DNA of 64,000 bases from an uncultured Gemmatimonadales bacterium (lineage in GTDB: Bacteria; Gemmatimonadota; Gemmatimonadetes; Gemmatimonadales; GWC2-71-9): NCBI GenBank assembly GCA_963771275.1, contig CAVYSW010000003.1, positions 448,001 to 512,000 on the forward strand, in the 5' to 3' direction. A program made the translations under genes and the position numbers. The notes under the pieces are model-generated. The model saw only the letters and a list, made by a program, of their open reading frames with translations, ran no database searches and was not told the DNA's origin. This document shows positions 40,872 to 53,817 of this stretch, one piece after another; position 1 is the stretch's first letter, and each line of letters begins with the position of its first letter.

Positions 40872-41621
40872 ATGGCCGGCCATAGCAAGTGGAAACAGAT
40901 CAAGCGCAAGAAGGCCGTCGCCGACGCCAAACGGGGGGCCGCCTTCACCAAGCTCATCAAGGAAATCACCATCGCGGCCCGCCAGGGCGGCGGCGATCCG
41001 GCCGGCAACGCCCGCCTGCGCGCGGCGATCGACGCGGCGAAGGCCGGCAACATGCCGGCGGACAACATCGACCGGGCCGTCAAGAAGGGGACCGGTGAGC
41101 TCGACGGCGTGGTCTATGAGGAGGCGACCTACGAGGGCTACGGACCGGGCGGAGCGGCCATCCTGCTCCAGGTCACGACCGACAACCTCAACCGCACCGT
41201 CGCTGAGATCCGTCACCTGTTCGGGCGCCACGGCGGCAACGTCGGGAGTCCCGGCTCGGTCGCCTGGATGTTCGACAAGCGCGGCCAGCTGTGGCTCGAC
41301 GCCTCCCGGTCCGACGAGGATGCCGCGCTCGAAGCGGCTCTCGAAACGGGCGCGGAGGATCTCAAGCGGGACGGCGATCAGTTCGTGATCACGACGGAGC
41401 CGGCGGCGCTGCACGCGGTGGCGGAGGCGCTCCGGGCCCGGGGGCTGGACCCGCGCGACCCTGAGATCGCGATGATCCCCAAGCGCACCGTGCGGGTGGA
41501 AGGCGCCGACGCCGAGAAGCTGCTGCGCCTGATGGAGGCGATCGAGGAGCACGACGACGTGTCCAAGGTGTTCAGCAACTTCGACATCGACGCGGAGACG
41601 CTCGCGGCGGTCAGCGGGTGA
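40872..41621 (+). CDS. yebC: YebC/PmpR family protein
   Basis: MAGHSKW, YEGYGPGG, DNLNRT, DDVSKVFSN. Confidence 0.96.
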   Translation: MAGHSKWKQIKRKKAVADAKRGAAFTKLIKEITIAARQGGGDPAGNARLRAAIDAAKAGNMPADNIDRAVKKGTGELDGVVYEEATYEGYGPGGAAILLQVTTDNLNRTVAEIRHLFGRHGGNVGSPGSVAWMFDKRGQLWLDASRSDEDAALEAALETGAEDLKRDGDQFVITTEPAALHAVAEALRARGLDPRDPEIAMIPKRTVRVEGADAEKLLRLMEAIEEHDDVSKVFSNFDIDAETLAAVSG

Positions 41622-42106
41622 CGCGCCGCGTCCTGGGCATTGATCCGGGAACGGCGGCCACCGGCTACGGGGTGCTCGAGCCGGTCCCGCGGCGACTCGG
41701 CCGGCTCGTGGAGTGCGGCGTCGTGCGGACGGCGGCCCGCGCCCCGCTGCCGGACCGGCTGCGGACGATCTACGACGGCGTGACGGAGCTGATCGCGCAG
41801 CACCAGCCCGACGTGATGGTGGTGGAGAGCGTCTTCTCCGGGAAGAACGTGCGGAGCAGCCTCACCCTCAGTCACGCACGCGGCGTGATCCTGCTGGCCG
41901 CCGCTCAGGCGGGCATCCGAGTCGCGGAGTACTCCCCGGCGACGGTGAAGCAGGCGGTGGCGGGTCGGGGAAGGGCCGCCAAGACGCAGATCGGCTACAT
42001 GGTGCAGCAGCTGCTCCGGCTGCAGCGACCGCCAACGCCGGCCGACGCCGCCGACGGGGTCGCGGTGGCGCTCGCCTATCTGTTGCTCGCCGGCCGGCGC
42101 CGATGA
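41618..42106 (+). CDS. ruvC: Holliday junction resolvase RuvC
   Basis: LGIDPG, VESVF, ARGV, DAADGVAVA. Confidence 0.94.
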   Translation: MTRRVLGIDPGTAATGYGVLEPVPRRLGRLVECGVVRTAARAPLPDRLRTIYDGVTELIAQHQPDVMVVESVFSGKNVRSSLTLSHARGVILLAAAQAGIRVAEYSPATVKQAVAGRGRAAKTQIGYMVQQLLRLQRPPTPADAADGVAVALAYLLLAGRRR

Positions 42107-42696
42107 TCACGGGCGTTCGCGGCAGACTCACCGCCAGGACCGGCGATCGCGTGGTCGTACTGACCGCGGGCGGCGTGAGCTACGAGCTCGCGGTGCCGCT
42201 CGGCGTGCTGGAGCGGATGCCGCCCGAAGGCGAGGAGATCGATCTCCGGACCGTGCTAGTGGTCCGGGACGACGGCTGGCTCCTGTTCGGGTTCGACCGG
42301 GAGCACGAGCGGCAGGTGTTCCAGCGGCTGCTCGGGGCGACCGGGGTCGGCCCCCGCATCGCGCTGGCCCTGCTCTCCACCCTGGGCGGGGGCCGGGTCG
42401 TCGCGGCACTCCGCGGCGGCGATCTGGCGGCGCTGTGCACCGTGCCGGGGATCGGCCGGAAGACCGCCGAACGCATGGTACTCGAGCTCAAGGACAAGCT
42501 GGGCGACCTTACGGCGCCGGGCGAGGCGCCCGCGCGGGCCCCGGCGGCGGACCAGGCCGTGCAGGCGCTGGTGAACCTCGGCTACGGCGCGCTGGATGCC
42601 GACCGCGCGGTGCGCGCGGCCCTGGCGGAAGCGGGCGCGGCAGCCCCAACCGAACTCATCCGTCGCGCCCTCCGGGCGCTCGCGAAGGGATCATGA
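42103..42696 (+). CDS. ruvA: Holliday junction branch migration protein RuvA
   Basis: [34 protein letters not shown]. Confidence 0.94.
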   Translation: MITGVRGRLTARTGDRVVVLTAGGVSYELAVPLGVLERMPPEGEEIDLRTVLVVRDDGWLLFGFDREHERQVFQRLLGATGVGPRIALALLSTLGGGRVVAALRGGDLAALCTVPGIGRKTAERMVLELKDKLGDLTAPGEAPARAPAADQAVQALVNLGYGALDADRAVRAALAEAGAAAPTELIRRALRALAKGS

Positions 42697-42857
42697 CCAC
42701 CGCCGAATGGAAGTGCACCCGCTGCGGGGCGACGAACCGCAAGCTCGTCTCCCCCGACACGTCCGAGGCGGTCGACCGCTGCGTGACGTGCCGCACGCCG
42801 CACGTCATCCACCCGGGTCTGCGACCCGCCTTCTGGCAGGCCGCGGCGAAGCCGTGA
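42693..42857 (+). CDS. 54-aa zinc-ribbon microprotein
   Basis: WKCTRCG...CVTC; ATGA overlap with ruvA and GTGA overlap with ruvB. Confidence 0.75.
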   Translation: MTTAEWKCTRCGATNRKLVSPDTSEAVDRCVTCRTPHVIHPGLRPAFWQAAAKP

Positions 42858-43879
42858 CGCACCGGGAGATCACCACGCCCGACGCCCTGCCGGACGAGAC
42901 GCCCGCGGAGACGTCGCTCAGGCCGTCGCGCCTCGACGAGTTCATCGGCCAGGAGCAGGTGAAGGAAGGTCTGCAGATCGCGATCGACGCGGCGCGGCAG
43001 CGCGGCGAGCCGCTCGATCACACGCTGTTCTTCGGCCCGCCGGGGCTCGGCAAGACGACCCTCGCGATGCTGATCGCGCGCGAGATGGGCGTCAACATCC
43101 GGACGACGAGCGGACCGGTGCTCGAGCGGCCGGGCGATCTGGTCGGGATGCTGACGACCCTGCAGCGCGGTGATATCCTGTTCGTCGATGAGATCCACCG
43201 CCTCCGGCCGCAGCTCGAGGAGTTCCTCTACCCGGCCATGGAGGACTACCGGGTGGACGTCCGGATCGCCGAGGGTGCCAACGCGCAGACGATCCCGATG
43301 GAGCTGGAGCCGTTCACCCTGATCGGTGCGTCCACGCGCTATGGCATGCTGACGCCGCCGATGCGGGCGCGGTTCGGTGTGGTCGAGCGGCTGGGCTACT
43401 ACCCCGCGGCGGATCTCGTGCGCATCGTCGTGCGGTCGGCCGGCATTCTCGGCGTTGCCATCGAGCCCGTGGGCGCCGACGAGATCGCGCGACGCAGCCG
43501 CGGAACTCCGCGCGTGGCGAACCGGCTGCTGCGACGCGTGCGGGACTACGCCCAGGTGAAGGCGGACGGCACCATCACCAAGGCCGTGGCCGATGCGGCG
43601 CTCGCCCGGCTCAACGTCGACGAGTACGGGCTCGACGATATGGACGCCCGCATTCTCACCCTGATCATCGAGAAGTTCGGCGGCGGCCCGGTGGGGCTCA
43701 ACACGATCGCGGTCGCCGTCGGCGAAGACGCCGGGACGATCGAGGAGGTCTACGAGCCGTTTCTGATCCAGCAGGGCTTCCTCCACCGCACGCCGCGCGG
43801 GCGGCAGGCCACGCCGACGGCGTACCGGCACTTCGGGTTCGTCCCTCCGACCGGCGGCCAAGGCAGTGTGTTCGACTGA
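42854..43879 (+). CDS. ruvB: Holliday junction branch migration ATPase RuvB
   Basis: [38 protein letters not shown]. Confidence 0.96.
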   Translation: MTHREITTPDALPDETPAETSLRPSRLDEFIGQEQVKEGLQIAIDAARQRGEPLDHTLFFGPPGLGKTTLAMLIAREMGVNIRTTSGPVLERPGDLVGMLTTLQRGDILFVDEIHRLRPQLEEFLYPAMEDYRVDVRIAEGANAQTIPMELEPFTLIGASTRYGMLTPPMRARFGVVERLGYYPAADLVRIVVRSAGILGVAIEPVGADEIARRSRGTPRVANRLLRRVRDYAQVKADGTITKAVADAALARLNVDEYGLDDMDARILTLIIEKFGGGPVGLNTIAVAVGEDAGTIEEVYEPFLIQQGFLHRTPRGRQATPTAYRHFGFVPPTGGQGSVFD

Positions 43880-43900
43880 CTGAGACACCCGGGCCACCGC

Positions 43901-43940
43901 GGACCCGGTTGGCGGGCCCGGGGTAGCTGCATAAAGGCTT
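43901..43940 (+). promoter_or_regulatory. Conserved upstream motif, copy 1 (ECF-sigma-like promoter candidate)
   Basis: GGACCC-N15-GGTAGCT...GGCTT; matches the copy at 46204. Confidence 0.45.
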
Positions 43941-43963
43941 CACCACGACGTGCCGGATCCCTC

Positions 43964-46114
43964 ATGCGTCTCCTCGTCGTCCCCGCCTGTCTCGCCATCT
44001 TCGCGTCGGTCACGTCAGCCCAGACGGTGGCGGACGCCGAGCGCCTGGTGACGCGCGGCGATACGACCGGCGCCATCTCGGCGTTCGAGGCGGTGATCGC
44101 CGGGCACCAGCGGAACGCGGAAGCGCACTACCGAGCAGGCGTGCTCCGGCTGGCGCGCGCCAAGCGCGACGGCGCGATCAGCGAAGACCGCCGCAAGGCC
44201 GAGGAGCACCTGCGGTACGCCACCCGGTTCGCGCCGGACAGCGCGCGGTACTGGCTGGCCCTCGCCGACCTCTTCCGCTCCCAGAACCTCGTCACGTTGC
44301 GCGCGCAGGTGGCGCGGCTCGTCGGGCGCGCGCAGGAGGCGGCCGAACGGGCCGGGAATCCGGAGGAGATCGCGGCAGCCTCGTACCGCGCCGCCCATGT
44401 CGCCTGGGATCGGTGGCAGCAGTACGGACGACGCTACCGAGGCGCCTCCGTGGGAGGACCGGTCGTGGTGCCGTCGGCCAACGCCGAGTGGAAGGACTGG
44501 GAACAGTTCATCACGCAGTCGGTTCTGCCCGGCCCGCGCGATGTGGGGCAGCAGTATCTGGCGGAGGCGGAGCGCTCGCTGCGGCGCGGCCTGGACGCGC
44601 GTCCCCTCGACACGCGCCTGCTCGGACTCCTGACCGTCGTGTTCGGCGAGACCGATCGCTGGGCCGAAGCGGCCGCGCTGATGCGCAAGGTCACGAAGCT
44701 CGCACCCGACAGCGGGCGGGCGTGGGCCCTCTACGCCCTCGCGCTGGCCCGCGTCAACCGCTGGCACGACGCTCAGGAGGCCTTTCACGCGGCGCGCGCG
44801 CGCATGACCCCCGACGAGCGCGCGCCGTACCGCGAAATCGGGCAGATCATGCGCAAGGCCGACCGGATCCGATGGGAGCAGACGCCGGACGCCGGGCGTC
44901 AGTCGTTCGACTCGCTGTACTGGCGGGTGGCCCAGCCCCTCGTATTCACCGAAACGAACGAGCTGCAGGTGGAGTTCTACGCCCGGCTGACGTACGTGGA
45001 CCACCGCTGGAGCGATCCGTGGCGCGGCGTTCGCGGCTGGGAAAGCGACATGGGCGCGGTGTACGTGCGGTACGGGCCGCCGGACTTCTGGTCGCAGAGC
45101 GTCTGGGTCTATCTCGTCCCACGGTTCCGGTTCGTGTTCGCGCAGATGCCGGGGTTCGCGCGCGCGTACTTCGCCGGCGACAGCCGCGAGGCGTTTCGGG
45201 CGGATCAGACGCTGAGCCCCGCGCGGTTTGACAACGTCCCCGTATACCGGGCGATGGACACGATTCCAATCCAGGCCGCGCAGTTCCGCGGACACGACGA
45301 TTCCACGGCAATCGCCGTGTTCGGTGCGCTGCCGGTGCGCCGCATGACGGAGTCCCTCCCCCTGTCGACGGTGCCGCTCGTGTCCGGCGCCCTGCTGCAG
45401 GACCGGCAGGGCGTCGAGCTGCTCCGGGACCGGCGCACCGAGACGCTCCACCTTGGTGCCGAGACTCCCGCGGTGCAGCACCGCAGCTGGCGCCTCACGA
45501 TCGGGCCGGGCGAGTACGTGCTGCGCGTCGAGGCGCACGTCCCGGCCCTCGATCGGGCCGCGCGCGGCGTGCGGCCGTTCGCGGTGCGGAGCTTCTGGGG
45601 CTCGTGGCTCATGCTGTCCGACCTGCTGGTCGCCGGGCGGGTCGCGCCGCGCGATTCCACCGCCGCCCGGTGGAGTGACTACCTGATCGAGCCGAACGGC
45701 GGCTGGTTCACGCCGGGGCAGTCCGTGGGCCTGCTGTGGGAGGTCTACAACCTCACGCCCAACGACGCCGGCCAGGTGACCTACACGGTGGACCTCCGGT
45801 TCACGATCGAGTCGATCACGCGCCGCTCAGTGTTCGCGCAGATCGTGGGCGGGATCGGCGACGCCCTGGGAGTCTCGGCCCAGGGGGACGACCGGATCGC
45901 GCTGCACTACACCCACACGGCGGACGCGACGCCCAGCCGCGTGAACGTCGAGTACCTCACGGTGGACCTGAAGGACGCACCGGAAGGGACCTACACGATC
46001 GAGGTGGAGGTGACGGATCTGCGCACCGGCGGGTCGGTCGTCCGGCGCCAGGTGATCCACGTCGACCGGGCACCGCCGGTACGCTGCAACCCGTGCCCGG
46101 ATCAGGTCCCGTAG
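43964..46114 (+). CDS. Secreted TPR + GWxTD-domain protein, copy 1
   Basis: Signal peptide, TPR-like repeats, EFYARLTYVDHRW, GWESDMGAVYVRYGPPD, Ig-like C-terminus. Confidence 0.8.
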   Translation: MRLLVVPACLAIFASVTSAQTVADAERLVTRGDTTGAISAFEAVIAGHQRNAEAHYRAGVLRLARAKRDGAISEDRRKAEEHLRYATRFAPDSARYWLALADLFRSQNLVTLRAQVARLVGRAQEAAERAGNPEEIAAASYRAAHVAWDRWQQYGRRYRGASVGGPVVVPSANAEWKDWEQFITQSVLPGPRDVGQQYLAEAERSLRRGLDARPLDTRLLGLLTVVFGETDRWAEAAALMRKVTKLAPDSGRAWALYALALARVNRWHDAQEAFHAARARMTPDERAPYREIGQIMRKADRIRWEQTPDAGRQSFDSLYWRVAQPLVFTETNELQVEFYARLTYVDHRWSDPWRGVRGWESDMGAVYVRYGPPDFWSQSVWVYLVPRFRFVFAQMPGFARAYFAGDSREAFRADQTLSPARFDNVPVYRAMDTIPIQAAQFRGHDDSTAIAVFGALPVRRMTESLPLSTVPLVSGALLQDRQGVELLRDRRTETLHLGAETPAVQHRSWRLTIGPGEYVLRVEAHVPALDRAARGVRPFAVRSFWGSWLMLSDLLVAGRVAPRDSTAARWSDYLIEPNGGWFTPGQSVGLLWEVYNLTPNDAGQVTYTVDLRFTIESITRRSVFAQIVGGIGDALGVSAQGDDRIALHYTHTADATPSRVNVEYLTVDLKDAPEGTYTIEVEVTDLRTGGSVVRRQVIHVDRAPPVRCNPCPDQVP

Positions 46115-46203
46115 CGTCGCGCCCCCGCCTGCCGGGCTGCGACCCCCACGGCGGCCACCGCGCTGGACGTCGTGACCTCTGGGAGTATCACGGTCGGGAT
46201 TCT

Positions 46204-46242
46204 GGATCTGGCAAGGCGTCTGGGGGTAGCTCATGGTGGCTT
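46204..46242 (+). promoter_or_regulatory. Conserved upstream motif, copy 2
   Basis: GGATCT-N15-GGTAGCT...GGCTT. Confidence 0.45.
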
Positions 46243-46274
46243 GGTTGGCTCGCCCCCTCTGTCCTGGTGTGCCG

Positions 46275-48521
46275 GTGCGCGCGCTCTTCGTCCTGTCCTC
46301 CCTCCTGATCGTGACGTCCGCCGCCTCCGCGCAGACGCTGGAGGACGCCGCACAGCGGGTGGCCCAGGGCGACACCACCGCGGCTATCGCGCTGCTCGAG
46401 TCCATGATCGCCCGCCAGGAGCGGAACGCGGAGGCGCATTACCGTCTGGGACTGCTGTATCTGGCGCGCGTCGACCCGGCCGACGCGGTGAGCGCGGACC
46501 GCCGCACGGCCGAGGAGCACCTGCGCTACGCCACCCGGTTCGCGCCGGACAGTGCCCGCTACTGGCTGACGCTCGCCGACTACTTCCGGTCACAGAATCT
46601 CATCACGCTGCTGGTGCAGGTGCCGCGAACCGTGGGGCGCGCGCGGGAGGCGGCTGAGCGCAGCGGGAACCCCGTCGAGATCGCGGGGGCGGCGTACCGC
46701 ACGGCGCGCCTTGCCGTCGATCGCTGGGAGCAGTACGGGCGGCGCTACACCAGCGCGTCCCCCGGGACGTCCCAGGTCGTACCGCTGGTGGAGGACGAGT
46801 GGAAGTACTGGGACGAGTACGTCATCCGGTCGCTCCGGCCTGCGGCCCCCGGTATGGGGACGGGGTACCTCGCCGCCGCGGAGGATGCCCTGCAACACGG
46901 GCTGGCCGCTCAGCCCGCTGATTGCCAGCTGCTCGGTCTCCTGGTCGTGGTGTTCGGGGAGATGGACCGCTGGCAGGAGGCCGCCGCATTGATGCGCAGG
47001 GCCACGCGGCTCGCGCCGGACAGTGGACGGGCCTGGGCGCTCTTTGGGCTCGCGCTCGCGCGGATCAACCGCTGGCACGACGCGCAGGTGGCCTTCCGGA
47101 CCGCGCTCGAGCGGATGGCGGCCGGGGAGCGCGCCCCCTACCTGAACATCGGGCAGATCCTGCGAAAGGCCGACCGCCTCCGCTGGGAACAGATGCCCGC
47201 CACCGACCGGGGGCCGTACGACTCGCTGTATTGGCACGGCGCCCAACCACTCGTGCTCACGGAGACGAACGAGCTGCAGGTCGAGTTCTACGCCCGGCTG
47301 ACCTACGTCGACCACCGCTGGACGGACATGCCGCGCCGCCGCCGCGGCTACGAGACCGACATGGGGGCCGTCTACGTGCGCTACGGCCCACCGGACGTGT
47401 GGATCGCGCAAACGCCGGACGCCCGGAAAGTGCCGCCTGGCGCGGACCCCACTGGCGGACAGGACACTCTGGTCATGGAACGCGTGCTCGACGCCTCGCA
47501 GACCGTGATCTGGCTGTATCGGGTGCCGCAGTTCCGCTTCGTGTTCGAGCAGACGTCGGGGTTTGCGCATCCGTATTTCGCGAGCAACAGCGACGAGGCG
47601 TTCCGTGTGGATCAAACGCTGAGTCCCGCGCGGTTCGACAACGTCCCGATAATCCGGGCGCTGGACACCATCGCGGTGCAGACGTCGGAGTTTCGCGGCC
47701 CCGGTGACTCCACCGCGGTCGTGGTGTTCGGCGCCCTGCCGCTACGCCGCATGACGGAGTCCCTCCCGCTCGCGACCCTGCCGCTCGTGTCGGGCGCGCT
47801 GCTGCAGAATGAAGCCGGGGCCGAGCTGCTGCGGGATCGCCGCGCCGAGACGGTGCGCGTGGGTCCCGAGACCCCCGCGGCGCAGCATCGCAGCTGGCGG
47901 CTCACGATGGGCCCCGGCGCGTACGTGCTACGTGTGGAAGCGCACCTGCCGGCGTACGTGCGCGCGGCCCGCAGCGTACGGCCGCTCGCGGTGCGGAGCT
48001 TTCTGGGCTCGGAGCTCATGCTCTCCGACCTCCTTGTCGCCGGGAGCGTGGCGCCGCGGGACTCCGCCGCCGCGCGCTGGAGCGACTATCTAATCGAGCC
48101 CAACGGCGGCTGGTTCACGCCCGGACACACGGTGGGCCTGCTCTGGGAGGTCTACAATCTGGCCCCGGATTCCGGCGGCAAGGTTTCGTACGGCATCGAC
48201 CTCCGCTTCACGATCGCGACGCTCACCCGCCGCTCGACCATCGCCCAGATCATCGGGGGGCTGGGCGACGCCATGGGGCTCTCGGCCAAGGGCGACGACC
48301 GGATCGCCCTGCACTACACCCGCACGGTAGACGCGACGCGCGAGCGCGTGAACGTCGAGTACCTCACGGTGGAGCTGAAGGACGCGCCCGAGGGGAGCTA
48401 CACGGTCGAGGTGGAGGTCACCGATCTGCGGACCGGCCGATCCGTAGCCGGCCAGAAGGTGATCCTCATCGACCGGGCGCCCCCGACGCGCTGCGACCCC
48501 TGTCCCGCGCGGTTGCCCTAG
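46275..48521 (+). CDS. Secreted TPR + GWxTD-domain protein, copy 2
   Basis: Signal peptide after GTG 46275; GYETDMGAVYVRYGPPD; closely similar to copy 1. Confidence 0.8.
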   Translation: MRALFVLSSLLIVTSAASAQTLEDAAQRVAQGDTTAAIALLESMIARQERNAEAHYRLGLLYLARVDPADAVSADRRTAEEHLRYATRFAPDSARYWLTLADYFRSQNLITLLVQVPRTVGRAREAAERSGNPVEIAGAAYRTARLAVDRWEQYGRRYTSASPGTSQVVPLVEDEWKYWDEYVIRSLRPAAPGMGTGYLAAAEDALQHGLAAQPADCQLLGLLVVVFGEMDRWQEAAALMRRATRLAPDSGRAWALFGLALARINRWHDAQVAFRTALERMAAGERAPYLNIGQILRKADRLRWEQMPATDRGPYDSLYWHGAQPLVLTETNELQVEFYARLTYVDHRWTDMPRRRRGYETDMGAVYVRYGPPDVWIAQTPDARKVPPGADPTGGQDTLVMERVLDASQTVIWLYRVPQFRFVFEQTSGFAHPYFASNSDEAFRVDQTLSPARFDNVPIIRALDTIAVQTSEFRGPGDSTAVVVFGALPLRRMTESLPLATLPLVSGALLQNEAGAELLRDRRAETVRVGPETPAAQHRSWRLTMGPGAYVLRVEAHLPAYVRAARSVRPLAVRSFLGSELMLSDLLVAGSVAPRDSAAARWSDYLIEPNGGWFTPGHTVGLLWEVYNLAPDSGGKVSYGIDLRFTIATLTRRSTIAQIIGGLGDAMGLSAKGDDRIALHYTRTVDATRERVNVEYLTVELKDAPEGSYTVEVEVTDLRTGRSVAGQKVILIDRAPPTRCDPCPARLP

Positions 48522-48532
48522 ATTCCCTGGCC

Positions 48533-50701
48533 ATGCGTCACACGCTGATTCCCATCGCCCTCGCGGCGCTGGCCGCGCTGGCCTCCCCGCCGCTCGCCGC
48601 TCAGGCGGCGTGCGGCGACTCCCTGGGCACCCGCGGTGACACGGCGGGCGCGATCGCCGCCTGCGAGGCGGCGGTCGAGCGCGACAAGCAGGACGCCGAG
48701 TCCCATTACCGTGCCGGTCAGCTGCTCCAGGGCAGCGACAAGGGCCGGGCCGAGGAGCACTTCCGGACCGCGATTCGCATCCAACCCGACAGCGGCAAGT
48801 ACTGGCTCGCCCTGGCCGATCTGCTGCGCACCGAGGACAACGTGTTCGCCCGATCGCGCGTGGCGGGGCTCGTGGAGAACGCGCGGGCGGCGGCGCGCGA
48901 GTTCGGCAGCGAGAAGCTGGCCGAGATCGAGTACCGCAGCGCGCGGATCGCGTGGGAGCGCTACGAGCAGCGCGCGCACCGCTACCTGTTCATCGAGGAC
49001 GCGACGACGGTCGACGCCGGCGTCATGATGGGCGAGTGGAAGGGCGTCGAGGATTTCTTCCGGCGCCAGGTCAAGCCCGACCCCGGCGACCCGGGCGGCG
49101 ACGACCGGAACGAGGCGGAGCAGTACCTCCGCGCCGCGTTGGCGGCCGATCCGCGGAGCGTGCACGCGGCCGGCCTGCTCGCGGTGTTGCTGGGAGAGGG
49201 GCAGCGCTGGGACGAGGCCGTGGAGCTCGGCCGGCAGCTGGTCCGCGCCGTGCCCGACAGCGGCAATGCGTGGGCGCTGCTCGGCATGGCGCTGGCCCGC
49301 ACGCGGCGCTGGGCGGACGCCCAGGCCGCGTGCGACACGGCGCTGCGACGCATGACACCGGCCGAGCGGGTGCCGTACGGCAACCTCGGCCTGCTGCTGA
49401 AATCGGTCGACCAGGCCCGCTTCGCCGGGATGGCCCCGGCGCAGCAGACGCAGCTCGATTCGCTCTATTGGGCGGTGTCGCAACCGCTGCTCCTCGCGCC
49501 CGTGAACGAGGCGCAGATCGAGTTCTACGCGCGGCTCACCTACGTGATGCACCGCTGGGCCGATCCGTTCCGCGGCGTGCAGGGCTACGAGACGGACCGT
49601 GGCGCGGTGTACCTGCGCTACGGACCGCCGGACATCTGGGCCGCGTTCGGGCGCGGCCGGCAGAGCCAGCGGGACGCGCTCGAGAGCCTCGAGAGCGAGC
49701 GCAACACGATCGTCTGGGTGTACCAGCCCGTGCAGCTGCGCTTCATGTTCTCGATGACACCGGGCTTCGCCCGCACGACCTTCTCCGGCGACTTCCGCAC
49801 GCTGTACAACGAGCAGCGCGACCTCTTCCCGGTGCGATTCGACAACGTCCCGGCGGTCGCCGACATGGACACGATCCTGGTGCAGCTCGCGCAGTTCCGG
49901 GGCGACGGGGCCGCCACGACGGAGCTTGGCGTCTTCTCCGTCATGCCGATCGGCCACATGGCACGGGGGGCCGGCGTGGAGCAACTCCCGCTCACCACCG
50001 CCGCCATCATCCGGGACGGGCGCATGCGCGACGTGCGACGCGACCAGCGCCGGGAGACCATTCAGGCGGGCGACCCGCTGCAGGTGGAGCGGCGCAGCTT
50101 CCGGTTCGAGCTCGCTCCGGCGGAGTACCTGCTGCGCGTAGAAGCCGAGCTGGGAGGGGTGGACCGCGCCGCCCGCAGCACGTCCCTCCTTGCGTTGCGG
50201 CGCTACGGTCCCGACTCCCTGATGCTGTCGGACGTCGTGGTGGCCAACCGCCTCGCGCCGCACGATTCCACATACAGCCGCTGGACGGATTTCTTCGTGG
50301 AGCCCAGCGTGGGCCGGTTCGCTCCCGACGCGCCGGTCGCCTTGCTCTGGGAGATCTACAACCTCGCGCCGGACTCCACCGGCCGGGCCCGCTATGCGGT
50401 CGAGCTGCGCATCACGGTGCGGGACATCGAGCGCAAAGGGTTCGCCGCGCGCATACTGGGCGGCATTGGCGACGCGGTAGGGCTGTCGGCCAAGGGGGAC
50501 GACGAGGTGAGCCTGGTCTACGACCGCGAGGTCACGACCGCGCCGGGAGGACGTCAGGTCGAATACCTCACCGTGGACCTGGAGAACGCCCCGGTCGCGA
50601 CCTACGTCATCACGCTCCGCGTGACCGACAAGCTGACGCAGCAGGTGGCCGAGGCGCGGCGCCAGATCGCGGTGACGGCCGCCCAGCTGCCCGCGCGCTA
50701 G
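48533..50701 (+). CDS. Secreted TPR + GWxTD-domain protein, copy 3
   Basis: Signal peptide; GYETDRGAVYLRYGPPD; more divergent paralogue. Confidence 0.8.
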   Translation: MRHTLIPIALAALAALASPPLAAQAACGDSLGTRGDTAGAIAACEAAVERDKQDAESHYRAGQLLQGSDKGRAEEHFRTAIRIQPDSGKYWLALADLLRTEDNVFARSRVAGLVENARAAAREFGSEKLAEIEYRSARIAWERYEQRAHRYLFIEDATTVDAGVMMGEWKGVEDFFRRQVKPDPGDPGGDDRNEAEQYLRAALAADPRSVHAAGLLAVLLGEGQRWDEAVELGRQLVRAVPDSGNAWALLGMALARTRRWADAQAACDTALRRMTPAERVPYGNLGLLLKSVDQARFAGMAPAQQTQLDSLYWAVSQPLLLAPVNEAQIEFYARLTYVMHRWADPFRGVQGYETDRGAVYLRYGPPDIWAAFGRGRQSQRDALESLESERNTIVWVYQPVQLRFMFSMTPGFARTTFSGDFRTLYNEQRDLFPVRFDNVPAVADMDTILVQLAQFRGDGAATTELGVFSVMPIGHMARGAGVEQLPLTTAAIIRDGRMRDVRRDQRRETIQAGDPLQVERRSFRFELAPAEYLLRVEAELGGVDRAARSTSLLALRRYGPDSLMLSDVVVANRLAPHDSTYSRWTDFFVEPSVGRFAPDAPVALLWEIYNLAPDSTGRARYAVELRITVRDIERKGFAARILGGIGDAVGLSAKGDDEVSLVYDREVTTAPGGRQVEYLTVDLENAPVATYVITLRVTDKLTQQVAEARRQIAVTAAQLPAR

Positions 50702-50715
50702 CCGCGTCCGCACCG

Positions 50716-53279
<2,564 letters not shown>

Positions 53280-53283
<4 letters not shown>

Positions 53284-53816
53284 GTGTCCGGACGCTCCAC
53301 CTGCTCGGCTCTCCGGCGCTCCGCGAGCGGGCGGCGGAGGTCCGCGTCGTGGGGCCCGAGGTCCCGACATTGGTGCAGGACCTGTTCGACACGATGCGCG
53401 CGGCCGAAGGGGTCGGCCTCGCCGCCAATCAGGTCGGCGTGCTCCAGCGGGTCGCGGTGGTCGATACCGGTGACGGCGAGCCGCTCGTGCTGATCGATCC
53501 GATCATCGTGGAGCGCTACGGAGAGGAGCGCGGTGAGGAAGGCTGTCTGTCGATCCCCGACATCTACGGCGAGGTGGATCGAGCGACCCGCGTGGTAGTC
53601 GAGACGACGAGCCTCGACGGGAGCCGCGTACAGGTCGCGGCGGTCGATCTCAAGGCGCGGGCGACCCTGCATGAGATGGACCATCTCGACGGCATCCTGT
53701 TCCTCGACCGCCTGAGCCCGCTCAAGCGACGCCTGCTGCTGCGCAAGTGGCAGCGGAGCCGCAAGGGCGCGACCGGGTTCCTCAAGGAGCTTCCGCCGGC
53801 CGCGATCCGGGACTGA
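53280..53816 (+). CDS. def: Peptide deformylase
   Basis: GVGLAANQ, EGCLS, HEMDHLDG. Confidence 0.95.
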
Positions 53817-53817
53817 C

